Shown here one piece after another: positions 51,558-60,455 of a stretch of DNA of 64,000 bases. Origin of the DNA: Gemmatimonadota bacterium (GTDB lineage Bacteria; Gemmatimonadota; Gemmatimonadetes; Gemmatimonadales; GWC2-71-9); assembly GCA_003221005.1 (NCBI GenBank), contig QHTZ01000071.1, forward strand, positions 16,443 to 80,442, in the 5' to 3' direction. The position numbers and the translations under genes were made by a program. The notes below the pieces were generated by a model. The model did no database searches, was not told the DNA's origin, and saw only the letters and a program-made list of their open reading frames with translations. Each line of letters starts with the position of its first letter. The first letter of the stretch is position 1.

Positions 51558-54111
51558 GCAGCCGCTCGAGCGCGCCGACCAGGTCCGGCTTGAGATCGAG
51601 CACCGGACGCAGCGGATCGTCCTTGAGCTTCTTCATCCGCGCCGGCGCGTTCTGGAGCGTGAACTTCCGGATGTCGAGCTTGGGTGTGACCTCGCCCCAC
51701 GCGAGCGACATGGAGACGGGTGCGCCGGGGAGCGGGCGCACGCTGAACGGCGCCACGAGCAGCCGTCCGTGCCCGTTCTGCACGTAGTCGAGGTAGACGC
51801 GCGCCCCCCGCTTTCCCACCTGGCGCGTGATCGTGGCGACGTCCGGCAGCTGCCCCGCGATGACACGCGCCAGCAGCCCGCCCAAGGAGCGCGCCTGCTC
51901 GTAGGTGCACTGCCGCCCCAGCGGCAGCAGGACATGCAACCCCGTCGAGCCGCTCGTCTTCACGAAGCACGGCAGGTCGATCTCGTCGCACAGCTTGCGG
52001 ACGGCGCGCGCCACCGTCACGACGTGCGTGAACGGCGCTTCCTTCGGGTCGAGATCGAGGATGCACCAGTCCGGGAACTCGAGCGTCGCGACGCGACTCC
52101 CCCACACGTGTAGCGGGATCGTCCCCATGTTGGCGAGGTAGAGCAGTGACTCGACGTTGTCGCACACGAAATAGTCGATGTCGCGCTGTGTGTCCTCGCT
52201 CCACATCCGCTCGGTGCGCAGCCACTCGGGGATGAAGCCCGGCGCGTCTTTCTGAAAGAACGACTTCCCCTTGATGCCGTCGGGGAACCGGGTCAGCACG
52301 ACGGGCCGATCCTTGAGGTACGGCAACAGCCAGGGGGAAATCGCCCGGTAATACTCGATGAGATCGCCCTTGGTGTAGCCCTCGTCGGGCCAAAACACCT
52401 TGTCGAGGTTCGAAAAGACTACCTCGGGATGCGAGATGCGAGATGCGGGATGCGTGGCCGCGTCGGGCGGCTCCGATTCAGGCATCTCGTCTCCCGCATC
52501 CCGCATCCCGCTTCTCGTAATCACGCAATCCTTCGGCTCCTTATCGTCCCGAAATCTCAGAAACACCGGCTGGCGGAGCACATGGTCGGGCGTCCACTCC
52601 TTGAAGCGCACCTCGGCGACGAGCTTCGGCTCGACCCACACGTTCTCCTTGTCCTTGAGCAGCGCGGGAGGACACTCGCAGGGCGGCGTGTCGCGCACCG
52701 CGCCCTCGAGCTGGGCGCTCACCTCTTTGAGCTGCTGCGCCGTGAACCCGGAGCCGACCCGGCCCGCGTAGACGAGTCTCCCGTCTTCGTAGCCCGCGAG
52801 GTGCAGCGCGCCGAACCCGCCGCGCGAACCCTTGGGACGCGAGTACCCCACCACCACGAAATCGTCGGTGCGATCGGCGCGGATCTTGAGCCAGTGGGCC
52901 GAGCGGCCGCCGCGGTAGGCGGAGTCGGCCTTCTTGGCCACGACCCCTTCGAGCCCAAGCTGGACCACGTGCTCGTACAACGCCTCCCCCTTGGTCTCGA
53001 AGTGATCGGAGAAGCGCAAGGCGCCGGCGCGCGGCAGCAGCTTCGCGAGGATCGCTTTGCGCTGCACGAGCGGGAGGGGACGCACATCGAAGCCCTCGAA
53101 CGCGAGCAGATCGAACACGTACAGCGTGGCGGGCGTCTCCACCGCCGCGCGCTTCACCTCCGGGGCACGCGACAGCTTGGAGCGGATCTGCAACCGGGAA
53201 AAGCTCGGCCGTCCCGCGTCGTCCGCCACGACCAGCTCGCCGTCCAGGATCAGCCCCTCGTACGGCAGCGCCGCGACGGCGCGCGCGATCTCGGGGAAGC
53301 CGGCGGTGAGATCGTGTCCGTTGCGGGAGATGAGCTTCGCCTCTCCGTCCTCCCGCGCCGCGCGCAGCCGGTACCCGTCGAGCTTCAGCTCGAACAACCA
53401 TCCCGCCTTGGAGAACGGCTGCTCGCGGGTCTCGGCCAGCATCAGCTCCGTATCTTCGACCCGCACGGCGCGCTTGGGGGCGCCAAGCTTCGCCAGCTCC
53501 TTCCTTATGGGCGCCGCCCGGTCCTGCGCGGCGCGCAGCTCCTCGACCGTCATGCCCGAAAGCACCGATTCGTCGGGAAAGGCACCGTTCGTGGAGACGA
53601 AAGCATCGCGCTCCTTGATCAGGAGCCATTCCTTCACACCCTTCTTGATCTTCACGAGCGTCCACCGACCGCGCAGCTTGTAGCCCTTCAGGTCGAAGAG
53701 GAGCTTGCCCTTGTTCAGGCCCTCCAAGGGATCCTCGATGGGGACCCACACCCCGCGGTCCCACACGATCACGGCGCCCGCGCCGTAATTGCCTTCCGGA
53801 ATGATCCCCTCGAAGTCGCCGTACTCGAGTGGGTGATCCTCCACGTGCACCGCAAGGCGCTTGTCGGCGGGGTTCGCGGACGGGCCCTTGGGAACCGCCC
53901 ACGACTTCAGCACCCCTTCCATTTCGAGCCGCAGGTCCCAATGGAGGCGGGTGGCGGCGTGCATGTGAACGACGAACAGGCCGCCCGCTGTGGCGGCCGG
54001 AACCGCCGGCCGGGCGCCTGGCTCGGGCGTGCGCTCCAGCGAGCGCTTTGCGCGGTAGGCGCTTAGCGGATCGGTCTTCCCCTTGGCAGGCATGGGTCGG
54101 GTTCGTATCAT
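51541..54111 (-). CDS. ligD: Multidomain DNA ligase D (3'-phosphoesterase, ATP-dependent ligase, polymerase/primase)
   Basis: PE domain: FVVHMHAATRLHWDLRLE. Ligase: adenylation Lys in FELKLDGYR. Pol domain: FSNLDKVFWP...RFPDG..GKSFFQKD. The start is ATG 54111 or 54093. Confidence 0.9.
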   Translation of the reverse strand: MIRTRPMPAKGKTDPLSAYRAKRSLERTPEPGARPAVPAATAGGLFVVHMHAATRLHWDLRLEMEGVLKSWAVPKGPSANPADKRLAVHVEDHPLEYGDFEGIIPEGNYGAGAVIVWDRGVWVPIEDPLEGLNKGKLLFDLKGYKLRGRWTLVKIKKGVKEWLLIKERDAFVSTNGAFPDESVLSGMTVEELRAAQDRAAPIRKELAKLGAPKRAVRVEDTELMLAETREQPFSKAGWLFELKLDGYRLRAAREDGEAKLISRNGHDLTAGFPEIARAVAALPYEGLILDGELVVADDAGRPSFSRLQIRSKLSRAPEVKRAAVETPATLYVFDLLAFEGFDVRPLPLVQRKAILAKLLPRAGALRFSDHFETKGEALYEHVVQLGLEGVVAKKADSAYRGGRSAHWLKIRADRTDDFVVVGYSRPKGSRGGFGALHLAGYEDGRLVYAGRVGSGFTAQQLKEVSAQLEGAVRDTPPCECPPALLKDKENVWVEPKLVAEVRFKEWTPDHVLRQPVFLRFRDDKEPKDCVITRSGMRDAGDEMPESEPPDAATHPASRISHPEVVFSNLDKVFWPDEGYTKGDLIEYYRAISPWLLPYLKDRPVVLTRFPDGIKGKSFFQKDAPGFIPEWLRTERMWSEDTQRDIDYFVCDNVESLLYLANMGTIPLHVWGSRVATLEFPDWCILDLDPKEAPFTHVVTVARAVRKLCDEIDLPCFVKTSGSTGLHVLLPLGRQCTYEQARSLGGLLARVIAGQLPDVATITRQVGKRGARVYLDYVQNGHGRLLVAPFSVRPLPGAPVSMSLAWGEVTPKLDIRKFTLQNAPARMKKLKDDPLRPVLDLKPDLVGALERLHARLG
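52425..52511. repeat. 87-nt imperfect palindrome built from (R)GATGCG heptads, in frame within the ligD Lig-Pol linker
   Basis: Left arm: CGGGATGCGAGATGCGAGATGCGGGATGCG. Right arm: GCATCTCGTCTCCCGCATCCCGCATCCCGC. About 24 of 29 positions pair, with a 27-nt loop. It encodes SGMRDAGDEMPESEPPDAATHPASRISHP. Confidence 0.7.
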
Positions 54112-54119
54112 AGCCTCTC

Positions 54120-54974
54120 ATGAGCGCTCATTCCATCGGTTCCGCCACGGTGTCCTTCGGCCTCGTCTCCGTGCCGGTGAAGCTGTTCTCCGCCGGCGAG
54201 TCGGCCGCGACCATTTCCTTCAACTGGCTCCACAGGAAAGACGGGGCTCGCCTGAAGCAGCAGTACGTCTGCGCCAAGGACGGCGAGAAGGTCGAGAAGG
54301 ACGACATGATCAAGGGCTACGAGTTCACGAAAGGCCAATACGTCAAGTTCACGACCGAGGAGCTGAAGACGCTGGAGGAGCCGCGGGGCACGGGGGCAAT
54401 CGAGATCACGGAATTCTTGCCGGCGGACCAGGTGGACCGCATTTACATGGACAAGACGTACTTCCTGGGGCCCGACAAGGGCGGCGAGCGAGCCTACAAG
54501 CTGTTGTCGGAGGCGCTCAAGAAGACCGGCCGTGTGGCCTTGGGCCAGTGGGCGGCGCGCGGCAAGCAGTATCTCATCCTCGTGCGTCCGCTGGACGGCG
54601 GGCTGGCGCTGGAGCAGCTCAAGTATCCCGAGGAGCTGCGCTCGATCGCCGACGTGCCGATCCCCAAGACCGAAGTCAAGAAGGGCGAGCTCGACATGGC
54701 CATCAAGGTCATTGACCAGGGGACTTCCGAGGAGTTCCGCCCCGAGGCGTACAAGGACAACGTGCGGCGGCGGATTCTCGACCAGATTCAGCAGAAGGTC
54801 GAGGGCCACGAGATCACCGAAGAGCCGACCGAAGCGCCCAAGACGCAGATCATCGACTTGATGGAAGCGCTCAAGGCAAGCCTGAAAGGCGGCAGGGGCG
54901 GCGCTGAGCGGAAGCCGGCGAAGCGGGTGGAAGCAAAGGGTGCGCCGAAGCGCAAGGTGGCTGGAGGCCGTTGA
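54120..54974 (+). CDS. ku: Ku DNA end-binding protein (NHEJ)
   Basis: ISFGLVSVPVKL, KGYEF.KGQYV, IEI.EF......D.IY.DK.Y.L.PD and a basic C-terminal tail. It is divergent from ligD. Confidence 0.95.
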   Translation: MSAHSIGSATVSFGLVSVPVKLFSAGESAATISFNWLHRKDGARLKQQYVCAKDGEKVEKDDMIKGYEFTKGQYVKFTTEELKTLEEPRGTGAIEITEFLPADQVDRIYMDKTYFLGPDKGGERAYKLLSEALKKTGRVALGQWAARGKQYLILVRPLDGGLALEQLKYPEELRSIADVPIPKTEVKKGELDMAIKVIDQGTSEEFRPEAYKDNVRRRILDQIQQKVEGHEITEEPTEAPKTQIIDLMEALKASLKGGRGGAERKPAKRVEAKGAPKRKVAGGR

Positions 54975-55728
54975 AGGGATACACTTCCCGAGACGTCGCC
55001 CGGCTGCTGGGATTGACCGTCGCGCAGGTGCGAGTATTCGCGCGCGACGGTTTTTTTACGCCCGGACGGGGGCCGCGCGGCGAGCTGATGTTCTGGCGCT
55101 GCGGCGGCTCAGGGCGCAGCTCCCGCGCGGGCGCTCGCTCGCCGAGCTGCGGATCGCGGCCGAGGGCGACCGGATCGTGGTGAGCGACGGCGCAGCCACG
55201 TGGAGCGTGGACTCGGGGCAAACGCAGCTCGATTTCGCGGTGTCGGACCTCGCCAGCCGTGCGGCTCCGATCGCGCGCCGCACGGCTCGGGCGGCGCAGG
55301 CGGTGGAGGCGGATCTGGACGCCGCAGACTGGTACGAGCTGGGGCTCGAGCTAGAGGCCGTGGCGCCCACGGAGGCGCGCGACGCGTACCGGCGGGCCCT
55401 CGAGCTCGATGCCCATCACGGGGACGCCCACGTCAACCTCGGCCGGCTGCTGCAGGAGCAGGGCATGATCGAAGAGGCCGAGCGGCATTACCGCCTGGCG
55501 CTACAGGAAAATCCGGAGCACTCCACCGCCGCGTTCAACCTCGGCATCGCCCTCGAAGACCTCGGCCGGCTCGCCGACGCCATCGAGGCCTACCGCCGGG
55601 CGCTCGCCGCAGACCCCAAGCTGGCCGACGCCCACTTCAACGTGGCACGGCTGTACGACCGCATGGGGAAGCGCGCCGCGGCGCTGCGCCACCTGTCCAT
55701 CTATCGCAGGCTGACGGCGGGGGCGTAG
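54971..55728 (+). pseudogene. MerR-type HTH + TPR protein with a disrupted reading frame (frameshift near 55085-55095)
   Basis: From TTG 54971 (TTGA overlap with the ku stop) one frame encodes KGYTSRDVARLLGLTVAQVRVFARDGFFTPGRGPRGE, a MerR-like HTH, and then degenerates. From about 55084 the -1 frame encodes DVLALRRLRAQLPRGRSLAELR...TPR repeats up to 55728. Neither frame looks protein-like across the whole gene. Confidence 0.55.
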
Positions 55729-55755
55729 GGCGCGCGCCCTGCGTAGATTTGCGGT

Positions 55756-56715
55756 ATGACCCTCGGGCTGATTCTCCTCGCCCTCCTCAACCCGCCGCCC
55801 ATCGTCGTGGAGTACCTGCTCCCCCGCCCCGGGGCCTTCCCGCACGACCCTGCCGTCGGTCGCGACGGCATCGTGTGGTATACGGACCAGATGAACAGCT
55901 ACATCGGCCGGCTCGACCCCGCGACCGGGACGGTCACGGACTACCCCACGCCGACCCCCGCCTCGGGACCGCACGGCATCATCGTGGCACCGGACGGGGC
56001 GGTGTGGTACACGGCCAACTTCAGGGGCCGCATCGGCCGACTCGACCCCGCTACCGGGAAGATCACCGAATACGTCTTGCCCGAAGAGGCGCACGACCCT
56101 CACACGCTGCTGTATCAAGACCGGAAAATCTGGTTCACCGTCCAGGGGGCGAACCGCTACGGCGTGCTCGATCCCACGACCGGCGCGGCGAAGATCTTCC
56201 TGGTTCCGACGCCGCGAGCGCGGCCTTACGGGCTGGTCACCGGTGTCGACGGCGCGATCTGGATGGCGCTGTTCGGGACGAACAAGATCGGCCGCATCAA
56301 CCCCGCGGACGGCTCACTGCGCGAGCTCGCGCTGCCCGACGCCGGCGCCCGGCCGCGGCGTCTGGTCGTGGATGCCAAGGGGATCGTCTGGTACACGGAC
56401 TACGCGCGCAGCCGGCTCGGCCGCCTCGACCCGGCGACGGGACAAGTACGCGAATTCCCGAGCCCGGGCGGGTCGGGGAGTGATCCCTACGGGATCGCGA
56501 TCACTCCCGACGGGCGCATCTGGTACGACGAGTCGGGGAAGGACGACATCGTCGTGTTCGACCCGGCGACCGAGCACATGGAAACGGTCGCCATCCCGAC
56601 GCGCGGCTCGGTGGTGCGCAACATGAGCTTGGACTCGACGCGCGGACGGCTCTGGCTCGCGCTCTCGGGCACGCAGCGGCTCGGCAGAATCGATGTGAAC
56701 CCGGAGCGGCGCTAG
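55756..56715 (+). CDS. Vgb (virginiamycin B/streptogramin lyase)-like beta-propeller repeat protein
   Basis: About seven repeats of the pattern G.VW.T......IGR.DPATG...E/Y. Confidence 0.7.
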   Translation: MTLGLILLALLNPPPIVVEYLLPRPGAFPHDPAVGRDGIVWYTDQMNSYIGRLDPATGTVTDYPTPTPASGPHGIIVAPDGAVWYTANFRGRIGRLDPATGKITEYVLPEEAHDPHTLLYQDRKIWFTVQGANRYGVLDPTTGAAKIFLVPTPRARPYGLVTGVDGAIWMALFGTNKIGRINPADGSLRELALPDAGARPRRLVVDAKGIVWYTDYARSRLGRLDPATGQVREFPSPGGSGSDPYGIAITPDGRIWYDESGKDDIVVFDPATEHMETVAIPTRGSVVRNMSLDSTRGRLWLALSGTQRLGRIDVNPERR

Positions 56716-59700
56716 GGCTTCGCCCATCCGCGCCACCGCACCAGCGCGCGGTCGAGCTTGCGGCGATACGCAGCGAACACGGCCCGCTCCCCTTGCGTGG
56801 GAGCGCCGTCAGCACTCTGTACGGCGGTCGCGAGGTTCGCGAACACGCCGGCCAGACCGGCGAAGCTCGAGTCGCCCCCATCGGCGAGCGCCGTCAGGGA
56901 GTCGCGAAACGCCGCAGGTGCGCTTTCCTTCTTCTGCTCGAGCACGCGCCCGATCTGGGCGTGCGTCGCCACCGCCAGCGCGAGCGCGCTGTCCACCGCC
57001 TGTGCGAGCGCGAGCTGTTGGCCCAGCGCGGCGGCAGTCGCATGGACACGCGGATCGAGCCGGACGGTGAGGGGTTGGGTGTAGTCCTTCCCGTCGACGG
57101 TCAGCGTCACACTGTAGCGGCCGGGGAGTGCGAGGGGCCCCTGGGGATCGAGCGGCGCGCCCCGCTGCCACACTGCTGCAATCGAGTACTCGTACTTGAG
57201 AGCCGCGGGCCTGGGGTAACGCAGGTCCCAGACGAAGCGGTGCATCCCCGGAGCGGCCGAGAGGCGCGGAGGCTCTCCTAGCCAACCGACCTCGAAGTAG
57301 CGGTCCGCCGGCAGCTCCTCCGGGGCGGCGTCACTCGCGAAGCGCCGCACCACGCGCCCCGCGGCGTCCCGCAGCGTGAGCCTCGCGGGGCCGGCCGGCG
57401 CGCTCCGCAGGGAGTAGTCGATCACCGCCCCAGTCGGCGGGTTCTCGCCCAGCGGCGTGGAGGGAGGCCACGGCGTGTCGCGGTTCTCGTTGCCGGAGAG
57501 CCGCCAGGCGGGCGCCGGACGGAACAGGTGCACCGGCTGCGCCAGCACCGCGGGGTCCTCCCGCAGCGGCTCCACATCGTCCAACACCCAGATGCCCCGG
57601 CCCTGCGTGGCGGCGATCAGGTCCCCCTGGTGCACGAGTAAATCGCGGACCCAAGTGGTTGGAAGATTGAGTGACAGCGACTGCCACGTCGCTCCGTCGT
57701 CCTGGGACAGGTACACACCCCGGTTGGTGCCGGCGTAGAGGAGACCCCGCCGCTCCGGGTCGGCCCGAACCACACTGACGTACTCGCCTGCGGGGATCCC
57801 GTGGCTGATGGACTGCCAGTGCCGCCCGCCGTCCGCCGTCTTCAGGATGAGGGCCACGAAGCGATCGAGCCGGTGCGTGTCCACCGCGACGTACGCGACG
57901 CTCGTGTCGAAGGGCGACGGCGCGATCGTGCTGATGGTGCCCCACAGCGGGGCGATGGCCGGCGTGACGTTGCGCCAGTGGGCGCCGCCGTCGCTCGAGC
58001 GCTGGATCACGCCGTCGTCGGTCCCGACCCACAGGAGGCGGGCCGCGAGCGGCGAGGGCGCGATCGCGAAGATGACCCCGAAGCCGCAGGCGCGCGCGCC
58101 GGCGAGGTCGGGCCGGTCGCAGTCCTTGGCGCCGGGCGTCGCGCCGCTCAAGTCGGGACTCGCGACGGTCCAATGGTCGCCATTGTCGACAGAGCGAAAC
58201 AACACCTGGGCGCCCAGGTACATCGCGTGCGGCGGCCGGGGTGAAAATACGAGCGGCGTGATCCACGTGAACCGATAGCGGACCGTGGTGGGGCGCGCGC
58301 CGTAGGTCGACACGGGCCACGGGGAGATCTCAGCCGCCTGGCGCGTCGCCTCGTCGAAGCGCGACACGTGGCCGCCCAGCCCGCTCCCGAACACCAAATC
58401 GGGGTTGCCGGGCTGCGGCACCATGTAGTCGCGCTCGTCCCCGCCCACCGGGTGCCAATCGCGCCCCTCGATCGCGCCGTAGGGCCCGCGGCTCGCGATC
58501 TCGACCGTGCCGTTGTCCTGTTGGCCGCTGTAGATGTGATAGGGAAAGCGGTCGTCGGCCGCGAGATGATAGAACTGGCCTGTGGGTTGGTTGTACCAAC
58601 TCGACCAGCTGACTCCCCCGTTCACGGTGACCACCGCGCCCTGGTCCGTGCCCGTGATCATGTGTGACGGATCCGTGGGATTGATCCAGAGGAAGTGATA
58701 GTCGTCGCCGCCCGGCGCGCCCACGATGATGTCGAAATGCCGGCCCCCGTCCGACGAGCGGCGGATCGAGCGCCCCATCACGTACACGACGTTGGGATCG
58801 TTCGGCGCCACGGTGACGCGCCCGAAGTAGCTGCTCGCGAGCGACGGATCGTCGTTCACGAGCTGCCAGGTCGCGCCCCCGTCGTCCGAGCGGTACAGGC
58901 CGGCCTTGCCACGGGGCGCGGCGGCGGTGGTGAGCGCCGATCCCTCCACGGCGATCGAGGCGTAGACGGTCGCGCCGCCGCTGCCGCGCGCCACGGCAAG
59001 CCCGATGCGGCCGAGGGAACCGGCGGGGAGGCCCTCGAGGCGCCGCCAGTGCGCGCCGCCGTCCTCGCTCTTGTAGATCCCCGATCCTGGGCCGGCCTGG
59101 GGCATGAAGTAGTCGAGCCAGGGATGCATGCGCATTTGCCACACGGCTGCGTAAACGGCCGCCGGATGCGTGGGATCTGACGCGAGGTCCACGGCGCCGG
59201 TCGCGTCGTCCACATGAAGAACCTGCTCCCAATGCTGGCCGCCATCGCTCGTGAGAAAGACGCCGCGCTCCGGATTGGGGCCGAAGACGTGCCCGAGGGC
59301 AGCGACCAGCACGCGATTGGCATCGGCGGGATCGATCAGGATCGCCCCGATGTGCCGCGTTTCAGCGAGCCCCACCTGGGTCCACGTCTCGCCTCCGTCC
59401 GCGGACCTGTAGACGCCCTCGCCCGCCATGATGTCGTAGCGCGCATCCACCTGCCCCGTGCCGGCGTACAGGATCGCGGGGTTCGAGGGCGCGAGCGCCA
59501 GGGCGCCCACGGCGGCGGCGGTCTCGTGTTGCATCTGGGCGTGCCACGTCCGCCCCGCGTCCGTGGTCTTCCAGACGCCCCCGCCCGCGCCACCGAAGTA
59601 GAACGTGTTGGGCGCATTGGGGACGCCCAGCGCAACAGTGGCCCACCCCGCGCGATACGGCCCTACGAACCGCCAGCGCAGCGCCTGGGTGGGGGAGGGA

Positions 59701-59765
59701 GAGAACGAGGAGGTGGGCGGCCCCGCCATCAGCAAGGCCGCCGTCAGGACTACTGCCAGCGCCAC
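56712..59765 (-). CDS. Secreted sortilin/VPS10-like BNR repeat beta-propeller protein (1017 aa), paralogue of 40857-44072
   Basis: Asp-box repeats are present (TTDAGRTWHA, SADGGETWTQV, TSDGGQHWEQV, SEDGGAHWRRL, SDDGGATWQLV, SSDGGRHF, SVDNGDHWTV, SSDGGAHWRNV, TADGGRHWQSI, SQDDGATWQSL). The domain order matches the first copy. Confidence 0.8.
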   Translation of the reverse strand: MALAVVLTAALLMAGPPTSSFSPSPTQALRWRFVGPYRAGWATVALGVPNAPNTFYFGGAGGGVWKTTDAGRTWHAQMQHETAAAVGALALAPSNPAILYAGTGQVDARYDIMAGEGVYRSADGGETWTQVGLAETRHIGAILIDPADANRVLVAALGHVFGPNPERGVFLTSDGGQHWEQVLHVDDATGAVDLASDPTHPAAVYAAVWQMRMHPWLDYFMPQAGPGSGIYKSEDGGAHWRRLEGLPAGSLGRIGLAVARGSGGATVYASIAVEGSALTTAAAPRGKAGLYRSDDGGATWQLVNDDPSLASSYFGRVTVAPNDPNVVYVMGRSIRRSSDGGRHFDIIVGAPGGDDYHFLWINPTDPSHMITGTDQGAVVTVNGGVSWSSWYNQPTGQFYHLAADDRFPYHIYSGQQDNGTVEIASRGPYGAIEGRDWHPVGGDERDYMVPQPGNPDLVFGSGLGGHVSRFDEATRQAAEISPWPVSTYGARPTTVRYRFTWITPLVFSPRPPHAMYLGAQVLFRSVDNGDHWTVASPDLSGATPGAKDCDRPDLAGARACGFGVIFAIAPSPLAARLLWVGTDDGVIQRSSDGGAHWRNVTPAIAPLWGTISTIAPSPFDTSVAYVAVDTHRLDRFVALILKTADGGRHWQSISHGIPAGEYVSVVRADPERRGLLYAGTNRGVYLSQDDGATWQSLSLNLPTTWVRDLLVHQGDLIAATQGRGIWVLDDVEPLREDPAVLAQPVHLFRPAPAWRLSGNENRDTPWPPSTPLGENPPTGAVIDYSLRSAPAGPARLTLRDAAGRVVRRFASDAAPEELPADRYFEVGWLGEPPRLSAAPGMHRFVWDLRYPRPAALKYEYSIAAVWQRGAPLDPQGPLALPGRYSVTLTVDGKDYTQPLTVRLDPRVHATAAALGQQLALAQAVDSALALAVATHAQIGRVLEQKKESAPAAFRDSLTALADGGDSSFAGLAGVFANLATAVQSADGAPTQGERAVFAAYRRKLDRALVRWRGWAKP

Positions 59766-60394
59766 GTGGACCGAAGGTCGTACGTCACGTCGTTGACGAG
59801 ACCGTTGACGAGATTCCCGTACGCGACCTTCGGGTCTTTTGCCGAGAAGATGGGTTCACCGCTCACCAGCGCCACGCCCCCCACCTTCTCGCTGGCGGCC
59901 CCGCTCGAGCGCCACAGGGTGCCCCCTGTTTTCGTCGAGAACAGACCCACGGACAGCTCGACGGAAACGGTTGCCTCGAGAAAGGGGAGGTTGATGCCGT
60001 GGAGGCCGCCACTGGGCGTCACCTTGGAGACCTTGAGATGCCCGAAGAAGACGACCGGTACGTCATGCGATGCACCGAACGCCTGGGCGGAGGCGGCGCC
60101 GGGCACCCGCTCGCCTACCCGTTGGAGCACCGAATCGGCGGGCCCGAGCTCGAGCACCTCGACGCCGGGCTGGGCCGCGAGCACGTACTCCGAGAAGCGT
60201 TGCGTTGCCAGCTCATTGAGGGAGCCCCTCGCCCCTTCGACGCTGAACAGGACCAGTCCGACGCGACCGAAGGGCCTCAGGTCCAGGCGCGGCGGGTCCA
60301 GGACGCGCTGGCGGGGAGCGCGGGCGGCGCCGCCGCCGCAGGCGAAGCTGGACAGCGCGACGAGCAACAGGGACAAGCCGTTCGATCGCCTCAT
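59750..60394 (-). CDS. Probable lipoprotein (214 aa), co-transcribed with the downstream BNR protein
   Basis: I prefer ATG 60394 (MRRSNGLSLLLVALSSFAC, lipobox-like). The upstream 119 codons of the listed ORF are Arg/Ser/Pro-rich. Its 3' end overlaps the BNR gene start by 16 nt. Confidence 0.5.
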   Translation of the reverse strand: MRRSNGLSLLLVALSSFACGGGAARAPRQRVLDPPRLDLRPFGRVGLVLFSVEGARGSLNELATQRFSEYVLAAQPGVEVLELGPADSVLQRVGERVPGAASAQAFGASHDVPVVFFGHLKVSKVTPSGGLHGINLPFLEATVSVELSVGLFSTKTGGTLWRSSGAASEKVGGVALVSGEPIFSAKDPKVAYGNLVNGLVNDVTYDLRSTWRWQ

Positions 60395-60455
60395 GGGGTC
60401 GAAACCTCGGGGCAAGGTTGAAGGACACAACATAACGCACCAGGGAGAAAAACCC

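Noticed and set aside
52425-52454. Heptad tandem repeats, considered as a possible CRISPR-like or VNTR array.
   Set aside because: There are only four 7-nt units with no spacers, and they form half of a palindrome inside a coding region. This is not CRISPR architecture, and no cas genes are present in the window.
52429-54066. A 545-aa + strand ORF antisense to ligD, and a 526-aa out-of-frame minus-strand ORF at 52541-54121.
   Set aside because: The ligD frame carries the PE, KxDG ligase and Pol-domain motifs. The alternatives are Arg/Gly/Pro-rich with no recognisable domains.
55051-55057. A T7 homopolymer as the site of the MerR/TPR frameshift.
   Set aside because: The HTH frame remains protein-like for 9 more codons after the T-run (FFTPGRGPRGE matches the MerR-family pattern). 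The frame break must therefore lie downstream, near 55085-55095.
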